From contig OZ287757.1 in the NCBI GenBank assembly GCA_965649765.1, positions 9,176,001-9,240,000 of the forward strand: 64,000 nucleotides of DNA, given 5' to 3'. Numbering within the stretch: position 1 is the first letter of the stretch; the number at the start of each line of letters is the position of its first letter. The notes beneath the pieces were generated by a model. The model was given only the letters and a program-made list of their open reading frames with translations, was not told where the DNA came from and did no database searches. Positions 27,686-40,600 of the stretch are shown piece by piece. The translations under genes were made by a program, and so were the position numbers. The DNA is from Bispira polyomma (lineage: Eukaryota).

Positions 27686-27990
27686 GCACATTAAACATTC
27701 TGGCTTCCGGGGTTTCCCCTTTAGCTCTGTTAAGCGTGTGACTATTAATCTCAAAATCTGCAAGAACTACGGGTTGAATCAAGGCAGAACTAAGTCTTTC
27801 TTCATAATATTAAGAAAGGTGTCATAGTGTAGTCATATACGACCTAAGGACAGGTCTTCGTGGAGGATCGCATTAAACACTACAGGTTCTCACCTTTAAC
27901 GCAACTGTTAAACGTGTGACTATTAATATCAAAATCACAAGATCCACGGATCGAATTCCAGCCGGACAAATATTTCTTTATAATATTACA
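27686..27990 (+). repeat. Diverged ~185-bp tandem unit with tRNA-like core
   Basis: CTGTTAA(G/A)CGTGTGACTATTAAT..CAAAATC..CAAGA..ACGG.T.GAAT occurs twice; partial third unit ~28190-28270. Confidence 0.6.
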
Positions 27991-27994
27991 TGTT

Positions 27995-28145
27995 CAATTT
28001 GCCTCAATGTAAGTATAATTGATTAACCTTCCTATGCCCATGGACTTTACGATTTGATCACTGATTCTTCTGTTGCGCTTTAGAAGATGCCTAGCATCAA
28101 TAAAGCGCATTAAAAATACATAATAATATATCATAATAATAATAA
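27995..28145 (+). mobile_element. L2 family X 3' UTR/tail only
   Basis: GATCACTGATTCTTCTGTTGCGCTTTAGAAGATGCCTAGCATCAATAAAGCGCATTAAAAATAC(ATA)n. Confidence 0.75.
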
Positions 28146-29589
28146 AAAGATACCCCCCCCCCCTTCTCAGCAAGTTGGTTGCATAGTAGTCATAATGTAG
28201 TCATATAAGGAAATGTCCTGGAGGAGAGGTATGAAATATCAATGTATATCAGCACATTAAACACTCAGGCACCCGTTGTTCAGTAGACACTTTTCACCTG
28301 TATCAGTATGGTATTGTAACTGGATAACTATTGATGGCACATAATAAATGTGCATTGGGGATTTGAATTCTAATCAATGTTTCAACATTGTGCAAACAGC
28401 AATATTCAAATTGATATCAAACTGAGTTTAACGTTATTGTTTACAAAACCTTTAGCAATACACCTTACTTTACTTTGAACATATTGTATAGGCCATTTCT
28501 TGATGGGCAGTTTGATATTTTATGGAATTTGCATCTTATCTGTCTGAACAGGTTTAATGTTATCGAACCATCATCTTGAAATGGTTAAACTCCATACAAT
28601 ATAAACTTAACTAAGTATATCTGATAGTATTAAAAAATATATAACAGAAATTCAAGCATAAAATTCAAGAGTTAGTTTTTTTAGTTACATGCGAGTGACA
28701 AAATGTTTGGAGTTTCACGTTGGATGGGAATTGAACCCAGACTGCATAAGGTAAGTAACACTCAATGGTATATATTTTTTTACAATTAAGTTTTATTGTC
28801 ACATCAAGACATTACAATACATTTACATTACAGCCATATACAAAATACAACATCAAAAAATTAATTTGTACTTATCATCAAAACTAAAACACAGTAATCC
28901 TATTAGTACAGAAGCAGCTTTTTAAATTATTACAGATACATGTTATCTGATATATTGAAGTCATATTTATTAGGTGAAAAAAATATTTTTAGAAAAGTAT
29001 GTCTAGCAGTTGATCTCTAAAAACTAATGGTGCAACATCATTGCCTAATGTAGTGCCAACAATGCTTCCAAACTAGACATGGCTAGATGTATAGACGAAC
29101 AATCTATAATCAATATGACTAGATACTAAATAATGTTTGTATATTAGACATTGTCCTAAATCTATCAGAGTATACGGCAAAGTCTTGGCTTAGCCCTTCT
29201 ATAAATACCGCTTTTGTGCATTTTAGTAAATCCTATACAGCGAACAAACGAAATACCTTCTACAGTAGAAGGGCATTGACTTGTTACACATTTAGGTGGG
29301 GATCACATTTCAACAGAAAATATGTTATTAATGAATAACAAAATTTAGTCATTATACAGACAATTTATCTCAACGTCCTAAAGCTCTGACTTGAAATGTA
29401 TTACAAACAGTTGGCTGACCATGATACAATTTATCGTTTGCAAATATACACCACATTGTCTGACTGCAGAGGTGGGAGGCGAGTGTAACCTGTACACTAC
29501 TAGAGCCCCACCTGGAGTTTTGTTAAATCTTTAACCCCTTGTAGATTGGTATACTAGTAGTCCCATGTACAGAAAGAAAAATTCCAGGG

Positions 29590-31870
29590 TTAACAGGTAT
29601 TACAGATAAATGGAGTCACTAAAACACACACCACTGGCTACTCTCCGGCATTCATTTAAATTTGGCCTAATGCAGTTTATAAAACAAAGAATTGGGTTTA
29701 CTAAATGTTGCCAATGTTTGGGACTTAAGATAACATCATTTTTGAGTGTCAACTGCAAGATGACACTATACGTGTCGAAAAGTGTCAATCGGAATCCTCC
29801 AAAAATCAACCTTGATGTCCACCTTCCTAAGAAAAGTGCAACCATAATGTTAATTTTTTTACAAAATAGAACTTAAACAATGTGAAAGTCATATCTATGG
29901 ATACTAGATGTGATAGACCTATTTCCCCCATTAGGAAATAGCCAATCGATTGATGTTACAGATAAAAGTTCAAATTATCATACCCCCAAGGCAATCAAAA
30001 ATCAAAATTGCTGTATGCTCATACAATGTAATTTTGCCACAAATTTGAACTGGTACACTGTCAAAGCAGTATCTATGAAAACATGTAAAAAACAACGGTC
30101 ATATTAGGTCACAGTGTTGAGATTGAGGTACATGTACCAGTACCAAAATTTCAATAGGAAATTACCCCATAGTCAACATTAAAGCAAATTTGCTACAATG
30201 AATCTGTGGTATAATACAGTGTCAAGGCCGTAGATATTGATATGGTTAGTACTAAAATACTATAGGCTAAAAAGTTCTGTTTGTTTATGGGTGATAGAAA
30301 AACCTACATACTAAAAGCATAAAGCTGCTCTGTCTTACATAAATTTGGGGCTTGGTGAAAAAGCATACTAAAATACCATTTTACAAAACACAAGTAGCCA
30401 TCTGGTTTTATAATATTCTCTGTAATAATTCCATAACTTTATTTAATCATATAACATTTGAATACCATCTCATAATACTACTGTAAATTATAAACATATT
30501 TATACATGTATAAATAATATTACTTCTAAAAACAGCAACTTTATAATAGTTATAGTTTTACAAAAATCTACCAGTGTTATTGTTATTATTAATTTTTAAC
30601 GTGTTTTATTGATGCTAGGCATCTTCTAAAGCACAACAGCAAAATCATTGATCCAATCATTAAGTCCATGGACATAGCAAAGGAGTAAGGAAGTGGGAAC
30701 GTGCATGAGGGAAGCTTAGGTGGGTAGGCAATGTAAAAAGACCGGGAGACTGTTCCATAACAATGGAGCTGCAGTGGAGAAGGCTCTGGATCCCGCCTTC
30801 CTGATGGGTCTGACCAAAGAGACAGAGATTGTTACCTCTCTTGTGGTTACTGAAGGAGAGAAGGGAAGCAAGGTAGGGGGCTGTTGAGTGACATCAGCCT
30901 TTAAAGTGGTAACGTGAATCTTGAACAAAATACGAGACTGAATGGGCAGCCAGTATAATTTTTTAAGGTAAGGAGTAATGTTTGTGCAACAACTCAGGTA
31001 AAAAAATAACCCTGCATAAGTAGTTTTGGATGGACTGGAGCTTTTTAATATGCGACTTGTTTGCTCTGTACGGAAGATAATTGCAGTAGTCGAGGCGGCT
31101 ACTCACAAGGCCATTAGCCACCGTAATCATTGTGTCCATGGGCACGACGTTTCGGATTCTTTTGATGTCACGTATATAGTAATAGCAGGAGCGACAGATG
31201 TTGGCAAGATGAGTGTCGAATCAAATAGCTGAATCGAAAGTGACACCCAGGCTTTTGGCATCTTCGGAAGATAGTATGTTTTTTTCCCAGCAGGGAGATG
31301 GGAAACTAAGATTTTAAGAGTTCACTGTTTTTCTTGTATATTTTTGTATTTTTCTTGTAATTCAACCTTTTTTGTGGTGACATAAGCAAGGTACCATTTG
31401 TGTTGTATCAGTCAGTGACCTTGCTTTGGTACACACAAACCCAAATATATACACACATACACCACTCACTGTGTACAAAGAGGATCTCTATTCCACACAA
31501 GTATACTTATATGCCAAGCAGTTTAGTGTTGGGGGTGTACATACACACACACATTTTAGGAACACTTCTATATACCTCCTTGTTGATAACCTGTGGTGTG
31601 GCTTTTTCTGCACATATACAATATACATGTATGTATGATTCATAATATGATACAAGAAGCTTTGTAAGAAACATCAATCAATGTCATACAATTCCCTTCT
31701 CCCTGTGCATATATAAATACATACTCAAACAGACCAAAACCCTGTGGTTTGTACATACATTATACTAGTAATATTATGTAGACCAACCAAATCTTTATAT
31801 ATTTCTGCCATGGCCCCTGCAGAAAAGATTTGGTTGGTATTACAATATACACTGAATATTTCACACAAAC
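29590..31870 (+). repeat. Local duplication, copy 1 (interrupted by L2 family X)
   Basis: 29590-30575 plus 31360-31870 align with 32480-33195 plus 37747-38525 (e.g. TGGAGTCACTAAAAC, GCAAATTTGCTACAATGAATCTGTGGTATAATACAGTGTCAAGG, GTTGTATCAGTC). Confidence 0.85.
30576..31320 (-). mobile_element. 5'-truncated L2 LINE (family X)
   Basis: Minus strand AKSLGVTFDS, TVANGLVSSRLDYCN, LQSIQNYL, FSTAAPLLWNSLP, family-X UTR. Absent from duplication copy 2. Confidence 0.85.
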
Positions 31871-33195
31871 AGATTGTAACCTCTATACCACTAGGGCCCA
31901 TTAATCTAGGGTTTGTGGTTGATCTTTAAACCCTTTCTCGACTGGTATAATAGTATTCCTGTGTATAGAAAAAAATCCACAGTCTGTTGAAATTTCTGTG
32001 TGCGACCATGAGGGCCAGTAAAAATAAGTATTGACCTTTAAGGTTTGTAGAGGTCATGAGTGAGAAATGTTACCTTTAGGGGTAAAATGTAAGATGACAA
32101 TCGGATGCAGTTTGGGATAACTTTATTTACAATCCTTTGCTTTTATATACATCTGTACACAAAAATTCAAATTTAAAATTTTTAAAATGCCATACATATG
32201 CAATAGAAGTAACCCATATAATACCTACACTAGTATAACCTAAAATGAGGGAGGGTGGTTTGGGCATGATTTTACTTGTTGCTTGTTTAACTTTAAATTT
32301 TCTAATGCCAACATAATGAAAAGGGCAGCAAAATGCCTGAATGAACCGGCCTGCTATTGGCTCTAGCTAAGTACTCTGATAGGCTACTGCCTCAGTAAAC
32401 AAGTTCTTTATAAGCAATACTGTATTATGTAAAATTTTCGTGACTGACAAGCCATGCCTGCTGCATTGACTGTCACTGTCAAGAGGTTACAAATATCTGG
32501 AGTCACTAAAACGCACACCACTGGTGACTACCCGGCATCCAATTATGGCCTAATGCATAGTTTTTAAAACAAAGAATTGTCTTTTACTAAATGTTGCCAA
32601 TAAGCAGGACTGAATAAAATAAAATAATAATTTTGCGGGGTCAACTGCAAGATGACAATACAGGTGTCGAAGTGTCAATCCAAATCCTCCAAAAGTGAAC
32701 CTTGAAGTCTACTTCCTGACAAAATGTGACTGTAATGTTATTTGTTTTACAAAATAGAACCTGAACAATGTGAAAGCCATATCTATCGATACTAAATGTG
32801 AAAGACATATTTCCTCATTAAGCCAATCAGTTGGTGTTACAGGTAAAGATTAAATGATCACATCCCAAGGCAATCTGAAATCATAATGCTGCATGCTCAT
32901 ACAAAGTGGTACACTGTCAAAGCCAAATCTATGAAAAATGTAAAAGAACAACTCTCATATTAAGCCACAGTGTTGAGTTTGAGTTACATTTACCAGTACC
33001 AAAATATTAAGACCCAAATACCCCATAGTCAACTTTAAAGCAAATTTGCTACAATGAATCTGTGGTATAATACAGTGTCAAGGACATATGTAGTTACATG
33101 CCAAATATTAAATACCTAGTCAAATATTAACGGTTAAAAAGTTCTGTTTGTTTGTGGGCGACAGAAAAACCGACATACAAAAAGCATAATGCTTT

Positions 33196-34570
33196 TGTTG
33201 TGTTTGGGTTAGTTGGGGTGTTCGCTGCTGAGAGAGGTATTCACTGAGAAACTGTAAGTTTTGTAAGTCCATTGTTTTATTGAAGTACTAAGAGTTTTGA
33301 ACATTCACTAAACATTTACCATAGCTTATAACACATTACAAAACTCATCACTGTTTAACTCACAAACTCTTTACTCTGAACTAACTATTCTTGACTGTAG
33401 CATTTCCTTTGTAAGACTGTTTTTAGGCTGACTATCAAATAACTAAAGATTCATTTGAAACTGTATTATAGACTGATCTTTTCACTGATCTAAAACTGTA
33501 TGTCAACTGTAGACTGATCTTTTCACTGATCTAAAATTGTATGTAAAACTATAGATTCCAGACTGAAGTTCAAGCCACATGTCTGGCCTTTTTATACACA
33601 ATATAACTTTAGTTTAACATATACAATCACAGTAAGTCTTATTACTGTGCACCAATGAAATTACATAAACTCTTGTTTACAGTGAGTCCACCAATGAGAA
33701 ACCAGAACTTATCCCAAGTGATATGTAAATATATTTAACTAGACATTCATTAAGTTACAGTGACATCTGTGAAAACAAGGAAATCCTAAAGGAATACTGA
33801 TAAAATAGAATAAAGGTAAATTTCCTATTTGTTGCCATTCTTTGACAAGTTTCAGTAATGCACCTTTTATAAACATTGACATTTAATCCTACAAGCAAGT
33901 GAGACCTATACTTTCAATTTGCTGGCACTTTCATCACATACACAAATACACAACTTCACAGTTACAGATTAAGGAAACACAACTGACCATTGATCATGAT
34001 TTAGGAGAGAATAATTGTTTACCTAAGAGGTCAGTGTGTCAAGGGATTATAAACACAAGTGTTATTATATGGAACTAAGGTATTTGATGTCACTTGCATC
34101 TCATTTGTTTTGTAAGATCTTAGGGCTGACTAAATACTAAACCTACAGTGTAAACTAAAAGCCCTTCATACAATATGTATGTGTGATCTAGTCACACCAC
34201 TAAAAACATGTTACAAAACACTGAAGGAACTAATTCCCATAAGATAAAGATTAGTCATTACATTCTATGTATACAAGTTAAAAGTAAGAACCTAGTATAT
34301 ACTTCATCAATAATAACCTGAATATAAAATGACATTGTATCATATTGATTATTATAATATAAAATATAGAGAGAAATATAAAGATACAAGTGTCTAATTA
34401 CTACTAATACCCAATTACAGGAATTCATATGAAATACAATAACTACATTACTTAAAGATATTAATATAATGGTATGTTACATCATAAAAAATTGTGTAAT
34501 AATGAGAACATATAAAAAATAATGTACACTGTCAATTTGTCCATTTATAAGAAAATGTCCATCTACAACA
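33196..34570 (-). repeat. Complete 3' LTR (1375 bp)
   Basis: Bounded by TGTTG/CAACA and preceded by the PPT. Minus-strand TATAAAAAGG (~33596), AATAAA (~33281) and an internal 41-bp tandem repeat (~33468-33550). Confidence 0.88.
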
Positions 34571-35999
34571 TCTTCCCGCCCTACACGAAAAAGGTTGACT
34601 GCGTCAACTAATAACATTGAATATACATACAAGATAAGTATTTAAATGAAATAAAAGTACATGTATACCGATTAACTAATATCAAAATAATGTATAATAC
34701 AAGAAAAAAATATGATATTTGACATACAACATGATAAATCATATACATTAAATAATGAACTTCAAACTAATTTTAGTTTGAGAAATATGTACATGAAGTC
34801 CATGACCCGGTGTACTTGTGTACATCCATATTAACATCAATGTTGATCCTGCGTAGTAGTTGACTCTGTCGGACTGTCCTGCAGAAGTATTCTAAATATT
34901 TCTTCATAGTATTAGTATGGTTAACATTATGTATAATAAACACACATTTCACTGACATTACAATATCTGAATATCGTTCACATTACAATGTCTGGTTTAG
35001 TCCCATACAGCACAAATACACAATGTTTGAACAGTGGAAAATTATGATTTATTTACATATATACAAATTTTAAATCTCTAAATATAAGTTGTCTATTTTA
35101 TGTGAAATAAAGTGGAAAGTTGTTATTAGTTATGATGTCTGTGATAGAAGTGAAAGTTTTGGGTTTCGGAGTTAGTGCGTATAGTGAGTATTCCAATTCA
35201 TTTAACTTAGTTCTAATAATTCTATAAGCTAGACATAGTTGATTTTAACAGATTTTAAGATATGGTTCACCTGTTCATTGTTAGCTGTTCTCTTTAGAAT
35301 TTTAACTTTCCTGATTCTATTTTGCTATGGTATCCTATTTTGATCACCTTAGCAGTCTGGTTAATTTATTGTTAATAACCGCTGAAATTCTATCCTTGTG
35401 AGCATACATAATTTTGTGTTTCTTTACACAAATTTCTAAAGTGGGATGTAGGTGCGAATCTGGGACACTTGTTTTAATTAATCATAGTATTACTATCTGA
35501 AAAGAGTGTCACCATTATTGCTACGCTACATTGATTTCTCCAACCCTTTTGAAACTGTAATCTTTAGTTGTTTCTAAATATCTAATTTTTTCTGCTCACC
35601 TTGGACGTGCATAAGAGAAATCAGGAAGAGACTACACTTGACTTAATGTTAAGTTGGCTACATTCATAGAAATATACACTTTAATGTTAGAACTAGGTAG
35701 AATGCTATTGTTTGTAGGATAATGAATGATCAGTTTGTATAGTGTAACTAATTAGGTATATAAAGTTATGCCTAAAGTTTGCTAGCAAAGAATTTTGAAT
35801 TTTGTGGGACAAAAAAAAGAAAAAGTAGCTAAGAAGTTACAACACTAAGAAAGATCATTTTATTTATAGAATAACTATTATTGTATTTGAATGTATAATC
35901 AATAGCCCATTAGTCAATGTTTATGAAGAACAGTGAAATTGTCTACTTTTCCTAGTAGTGATGTTTCAAGTTAACAACATGTATAACCTCTTTACTTCT

Positions 36000-37698
36000 T
36001 TAAAGCCTTTTTGGCTTTTCCCTGCATGGTTTTATGAATATGGAAATTCTCACGTAATTGTTGAGGCACTAGGTAATCTCAGAGAAGCCTAGGTGAAGAA
36101 CCACTTAATTTAACAAAGTACCATTTATGACCATTATGGTCTCTGGTATATCTGGAAATTTTTTTAACCTCTGTGTTTGACTGTTTATTAGATGTGCTAT
36201 GATCATCTGTATGATCTTTAGTTTGATCCTTTGGCTAATCTTTGGTAGGGGAACTATCTGCATGTTCAACATTTGTGCTAGTAGCATTGTGTGTATTAGT
36301 GGGTCTCTGACTTGGGTCGAGACACCTTTTGAGCCTATTAGCATGAACACGGTTGCGTTGAAAGATATCTGTGTTGCACTGACGTACTAGGTATGTGTTA
36401 TTCTGGTTGCAATCTGTAACATAATAGGGACCTGCCCATTTGGGAATGAGCTTTGGTGACAAGCCTTTGATATTGTTGTGATTTGAAACATAAACATGAT
36501 CACCTTCTTTGTACTTGCACTCAGTTGCTTTCTTGTCAAAATAATTTTCAGACTTTTGTTGAGCATATGACAGATTTTGTTTGGCCTGCTCAGAAGAAAA
36601 AATTTTTTTTCTAAGTGATCATTGGGTTTGTGCAAGGTGTCGGTTGCTGTTGACAGAGATATGTAAATAGGGCGTGTACACTCTTGTCCAAACACAAGCA
36701 TGTATGGTGTGTGTTTTGTGGACTGTGTAGCTGGTGTGGTTCTGTATGCTAGCATGATAGATTGTAAAAACTCATGCCAGTTGTTTTGGTTTTTGTTACA
36801 TTGAGCCCGTAATCCCTGTAAAATGTAACTATTCATTCTTTCACATGAGGAATTTGTTTGTGAGTGGTAAGAGCTAGTACTAATTTTAACAATTTGAAAG
36901 AGTTTGCACAGTTCTTTTAGTATGGTTGACATAAAATTTTGACCTCTGTCTGTCAATATTGACTTTGGTGCTCCATATCTGCAAATAATTTCATCATAGA
37001 GTACCCTAGCTACAGTAGCAGCATCTGTGGATTTTAGTGGAAAAATCTCAGGCCACTTAGTAAAAGAATCTACAATCAGAAGTATATGTTTATGGCCTCC
37101 TGTAGTGGTTGGGAGCGGTCCCAAAAAGTCCATATGCAGTCTACCAAATCTTTCAGCAATGGGAAGTGGCTGCAGTGGTGCTCTAAGGGCATGGTAATTT
37201 CTTTTTAATTTTTGACAGACCTCGCATGATTCAACATACAATTTTGTGTCTTTTGACATAGTGTGCCACCAATATTTTGACTTCAAACGTTCATACGTTC
37301 TATTGAATCCTTGGTGGGACCCCATGGGACTGTCATGGTATGACTTGAGCAAATCATCTCTTAATGTGTGGGGAACCATGAGCTGTTTAATGAGACGGTC
37401 ATTTTTATGACCCTTACCCTTTGGAAAGTATCTGTAGTACAGAATTCCTTGTTCAACCTCATAGTCTGAATGGGTTGCTCGAATTTCTCTGACAAGCTTA
37501 TCATTGTCTGGTATAATTTTGTCTTCAATGAATCTAAGAATGGGACCTAAGTCAGGGTCACTGAGTTGCATGTACCTTATGTCATTCACTGATTTATTTG
37601 TCAACTGTTCTGCAAGATTTATTGAACTGATTGTACTGTATTGTTCTTCTGACTGAATCAGTTGAGTAAGCAGTGAAGGTGCTGTATTGTGTGGGCAC
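36000..37698 (-). pseudogene. Gypsy integrase (HHCC, DDE core, frameshifted GPY/F and C-terminal tail)
   Basis: HDSPMGSHQG..CEVCQ, LHMDFLGP, IVDSFTKW, LTDRGQNF, CERMN; WAGPYYV lies in a second frame. Confidence 0.92.
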
Positions 37699-40600
37699 TG
37701 TACACTGTCAATTTGTCCATTTATAAGAAAATGTCCATCTACAACACTTTGTTTTGCATAAATTTGGGGCTTGGTGGAAGAGCAGACTGAAATACAAAAC
37801 ACAAGCAGCTATCTGGTTTTATTTTATTCTCCATAATAATTCTATCACTTTATTTAATCATATAACATGTAAATACCATCTCATAATACTACTGTAAATC
37901 ATAAACATATACATACATACATATATATATATATATAACAATGCTTTCAAAAACGCAGCAACTCTATAAGCCTCTTGTATTACTAAAATCTACCAGTAAA
38001 TAATGTTGTTCAAACTTTTGTGTAGTGACATTAGCAAGACAGGTCATGTGTTGTATCAGTCGATGACCTTCCTTTGGTACACACAAACCCACATACATAC
38101 ACCACTCACTCTATAGGTATACAGATATTCTCTATTCCACACATGTATAATAATTATATGCCAAGCAGGTTGGTGTTTGCGATATACATATACAAACACA
38201 CCCACACACATTTAAGGGACATCTCTATATACCTTTTGTTGATAACATGTGGTGTAATATTTTCTGCACATATACAATGTATATATAGGTATGATTCATA
38301 ATATAGTACAAGAAGCTTTGTGAGAAACGTAAATCAATATCATACAATTCCCCCTTCATCCTAAGCACATATTATATACACACACACTTAAACAGACCAA
38401 AACTTGTGGTTTGTACATACATTCTACCAGTAGTATTTTATGTGGACAAACCAAAGATTTATATATTCTGCCATGGCCTTCACAGAAAATATTTCGTTGG
38501 CATTACAATATACACTGACTATTCTACACGAACAGAGTGTGTTTCTCGCCTTGTGAATCAATGAACAATAAAGTTGGGCAAATATGGCCGAGTTTGAATG
38601 AAGTGTGCGTGTATTGATAAACAAGTACTGGCCCAAAATGTGGTGCAATATTATTGGTAATGTACTGCTGATTAGTTGGTCGTAGTAACGGTGTATTAAT
38701 ACTGTCAATATATTGGACTTGTGTGCGTTGGAATTGTGTAGCATGTTTCAATGTGGTGATATTATTCATGGTTTACATTTTAAAGGTAGGTGACTTGTGC
38801 TGTTTTAATATGTTTTGTCTATATACGGCTGCCCATCTATTCAACATTGGCATAGGGGTGCCTTCTTTTGGACAAACTAACATTTGTTTTCAACAAATAA
38901 CTTTGTAAGTACATCACAAAACATGCTTGTCATTCATTGGTATAAACTTGTGAACATTTATTGTTATAATAAAACATTTGACCAAATGCAAAACATTCAT
39001 GTGTAATATACACCATCATTTGTTTTGGGTATACTCATAAAGTACCCATATATTGTCCAAACTATGTATATGGTAGCAGTATATAAATTCCGGGGTGGTA
39101 TTTAGAAAAGGAAGAAGTCTATAGACAGTACAAAAGTATGCTATATCTAAGACAAAAGCCTTTGCTTAACTCTTTAGTGAATACAATCCCTGACAGGTTA
39201 CAGTTAGGATTGTTTGATATTTGACCTCATGCTATCAAATTTAAATGTTTATATTTTCTGATACACTTTAAAAGTGCAATGTTTTATTTGTCTTTTATTT
39301 AATACGTCTTACTGTAATGTTGAACCCACACTTACTTGTCTTAAAGTTAGGTCTTCAGTGGCCGAGTGGTTAGCAAGTTTGGCATCTAATCACAGCAAGT
39401 TATATGTAGTTTTGACATTGATAAATAACTGTTTTCATCAATTCAACTGAAAATCTGAAAAATTAACAAGATGATACATTAAATTTGGCATGGCAATAAT
39501 ATACAGTGTTCAGTCGCAAGAGAGTGACAACATTTTTTTCAAGGTTGTAACTGTATGATTGGCTAGCAATTATGGACAGTGAACCAGTTATGGTCAACAT
39601 GAACATTTTATGCTTCATAATTGGTGGATTGATCCACCATTAAAAACAGCAATCAATTTGTAACTAAATATTAAGAGTGTCCATAATTTCTAACCAAACA
39701 TAAAGTTTGGGTGTGTATTGCATTCGTTTGTAATGGAACAATACAGATATGTAAATGACAATAAATTCATGTACCACCACCCTGCACATTATGTCTATTG
39801 TTTATTATTCCTGGTCAAGATATGTCAAAATCAACTTCACTGTACATATTTAAAATATTACACTGTTCATTGTATGACACTTTCTATCCTACTTATTTTA
39901 TATGTAATGCAATTTTATGCCCATCATTGGTAAATATTACTGAATATAAGTGATGTAGTTGAACACATTATTGTGAACTATATGTGGTTGGTTGTAGATG
40001 AAATGAAAGCATACTGAAAGATTTTTGCTGATCCCATGTGAGAATCCATGGGGATCAGATCCCTTATTGTTGTATTACATGATAACATGTATGTGGCTAA
40101 ATAATTTATTTTGTAACTATTTTGTTTTCTTAACCATGTAATGTGTTCCTCAAAAAAAAACAAGTTACTGATTTCGGTGTAACTTTGACCTATGTTGTAA
40201 CAGATACATAATATGTTTAATGCATGTCACCAGGTGCTTACATTATGTTGAGGATGTCAATGTCAGAGTTATAAACAGGAACAGGTCAATTCTTTATATA
40301 AAAGTATCAAATGTTTGTGTCTCCATAATGTGCAGGCTCTCCATTGCTTGTCGGCAAGGGTTGAAAGATAAAGCAATATAGTAAGCGAGTCAGAACGTAT
40401 AAAATTGTATGCATATATTTCAACCTTGATATGAATGTAAAAAGTGACACAGCATCTGTTAGGCTCACGTTTCTGTCGCATATAAGCTATGACAATCTTA
40501 CAATACAGATATACACTATTGATCATTGTTCTATTGTGAAAATAAATGTTGCTTATCTAAATTATACCACTGACATTATAAATTAAATGAATGACTCATT

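Larger units (their letters stand above)
33196..37746 (-). mobile_element. Internally deleted Ty3/Gypsy LTR retrotransposon
   Basis: TGTTG...CAACA ends and CTTT TSD (33192-33195, 37747-37750). Polypurine tract GGGCGGGAAGA at 34581-34571. Integrase ORF present. Only 48 bp of the 5' LTR remain (37699-37746, identical to 34523-34570). Confidence 0.93.
32480..38525 (+). repeat. Local duplication, copy 2 (interrupted by Gypsy element)
   Basis: See copy 1; homology resumes exactly across the Gypsy insertion. Confidence 0.85.

Noticed and set aside
37699-37802. Genuine N-terminus of the 471-aa integrase ORF
   Set aside because: Encoded by flanking duplicated DNA and the LTR stub with a TTG start; not part of native pol.
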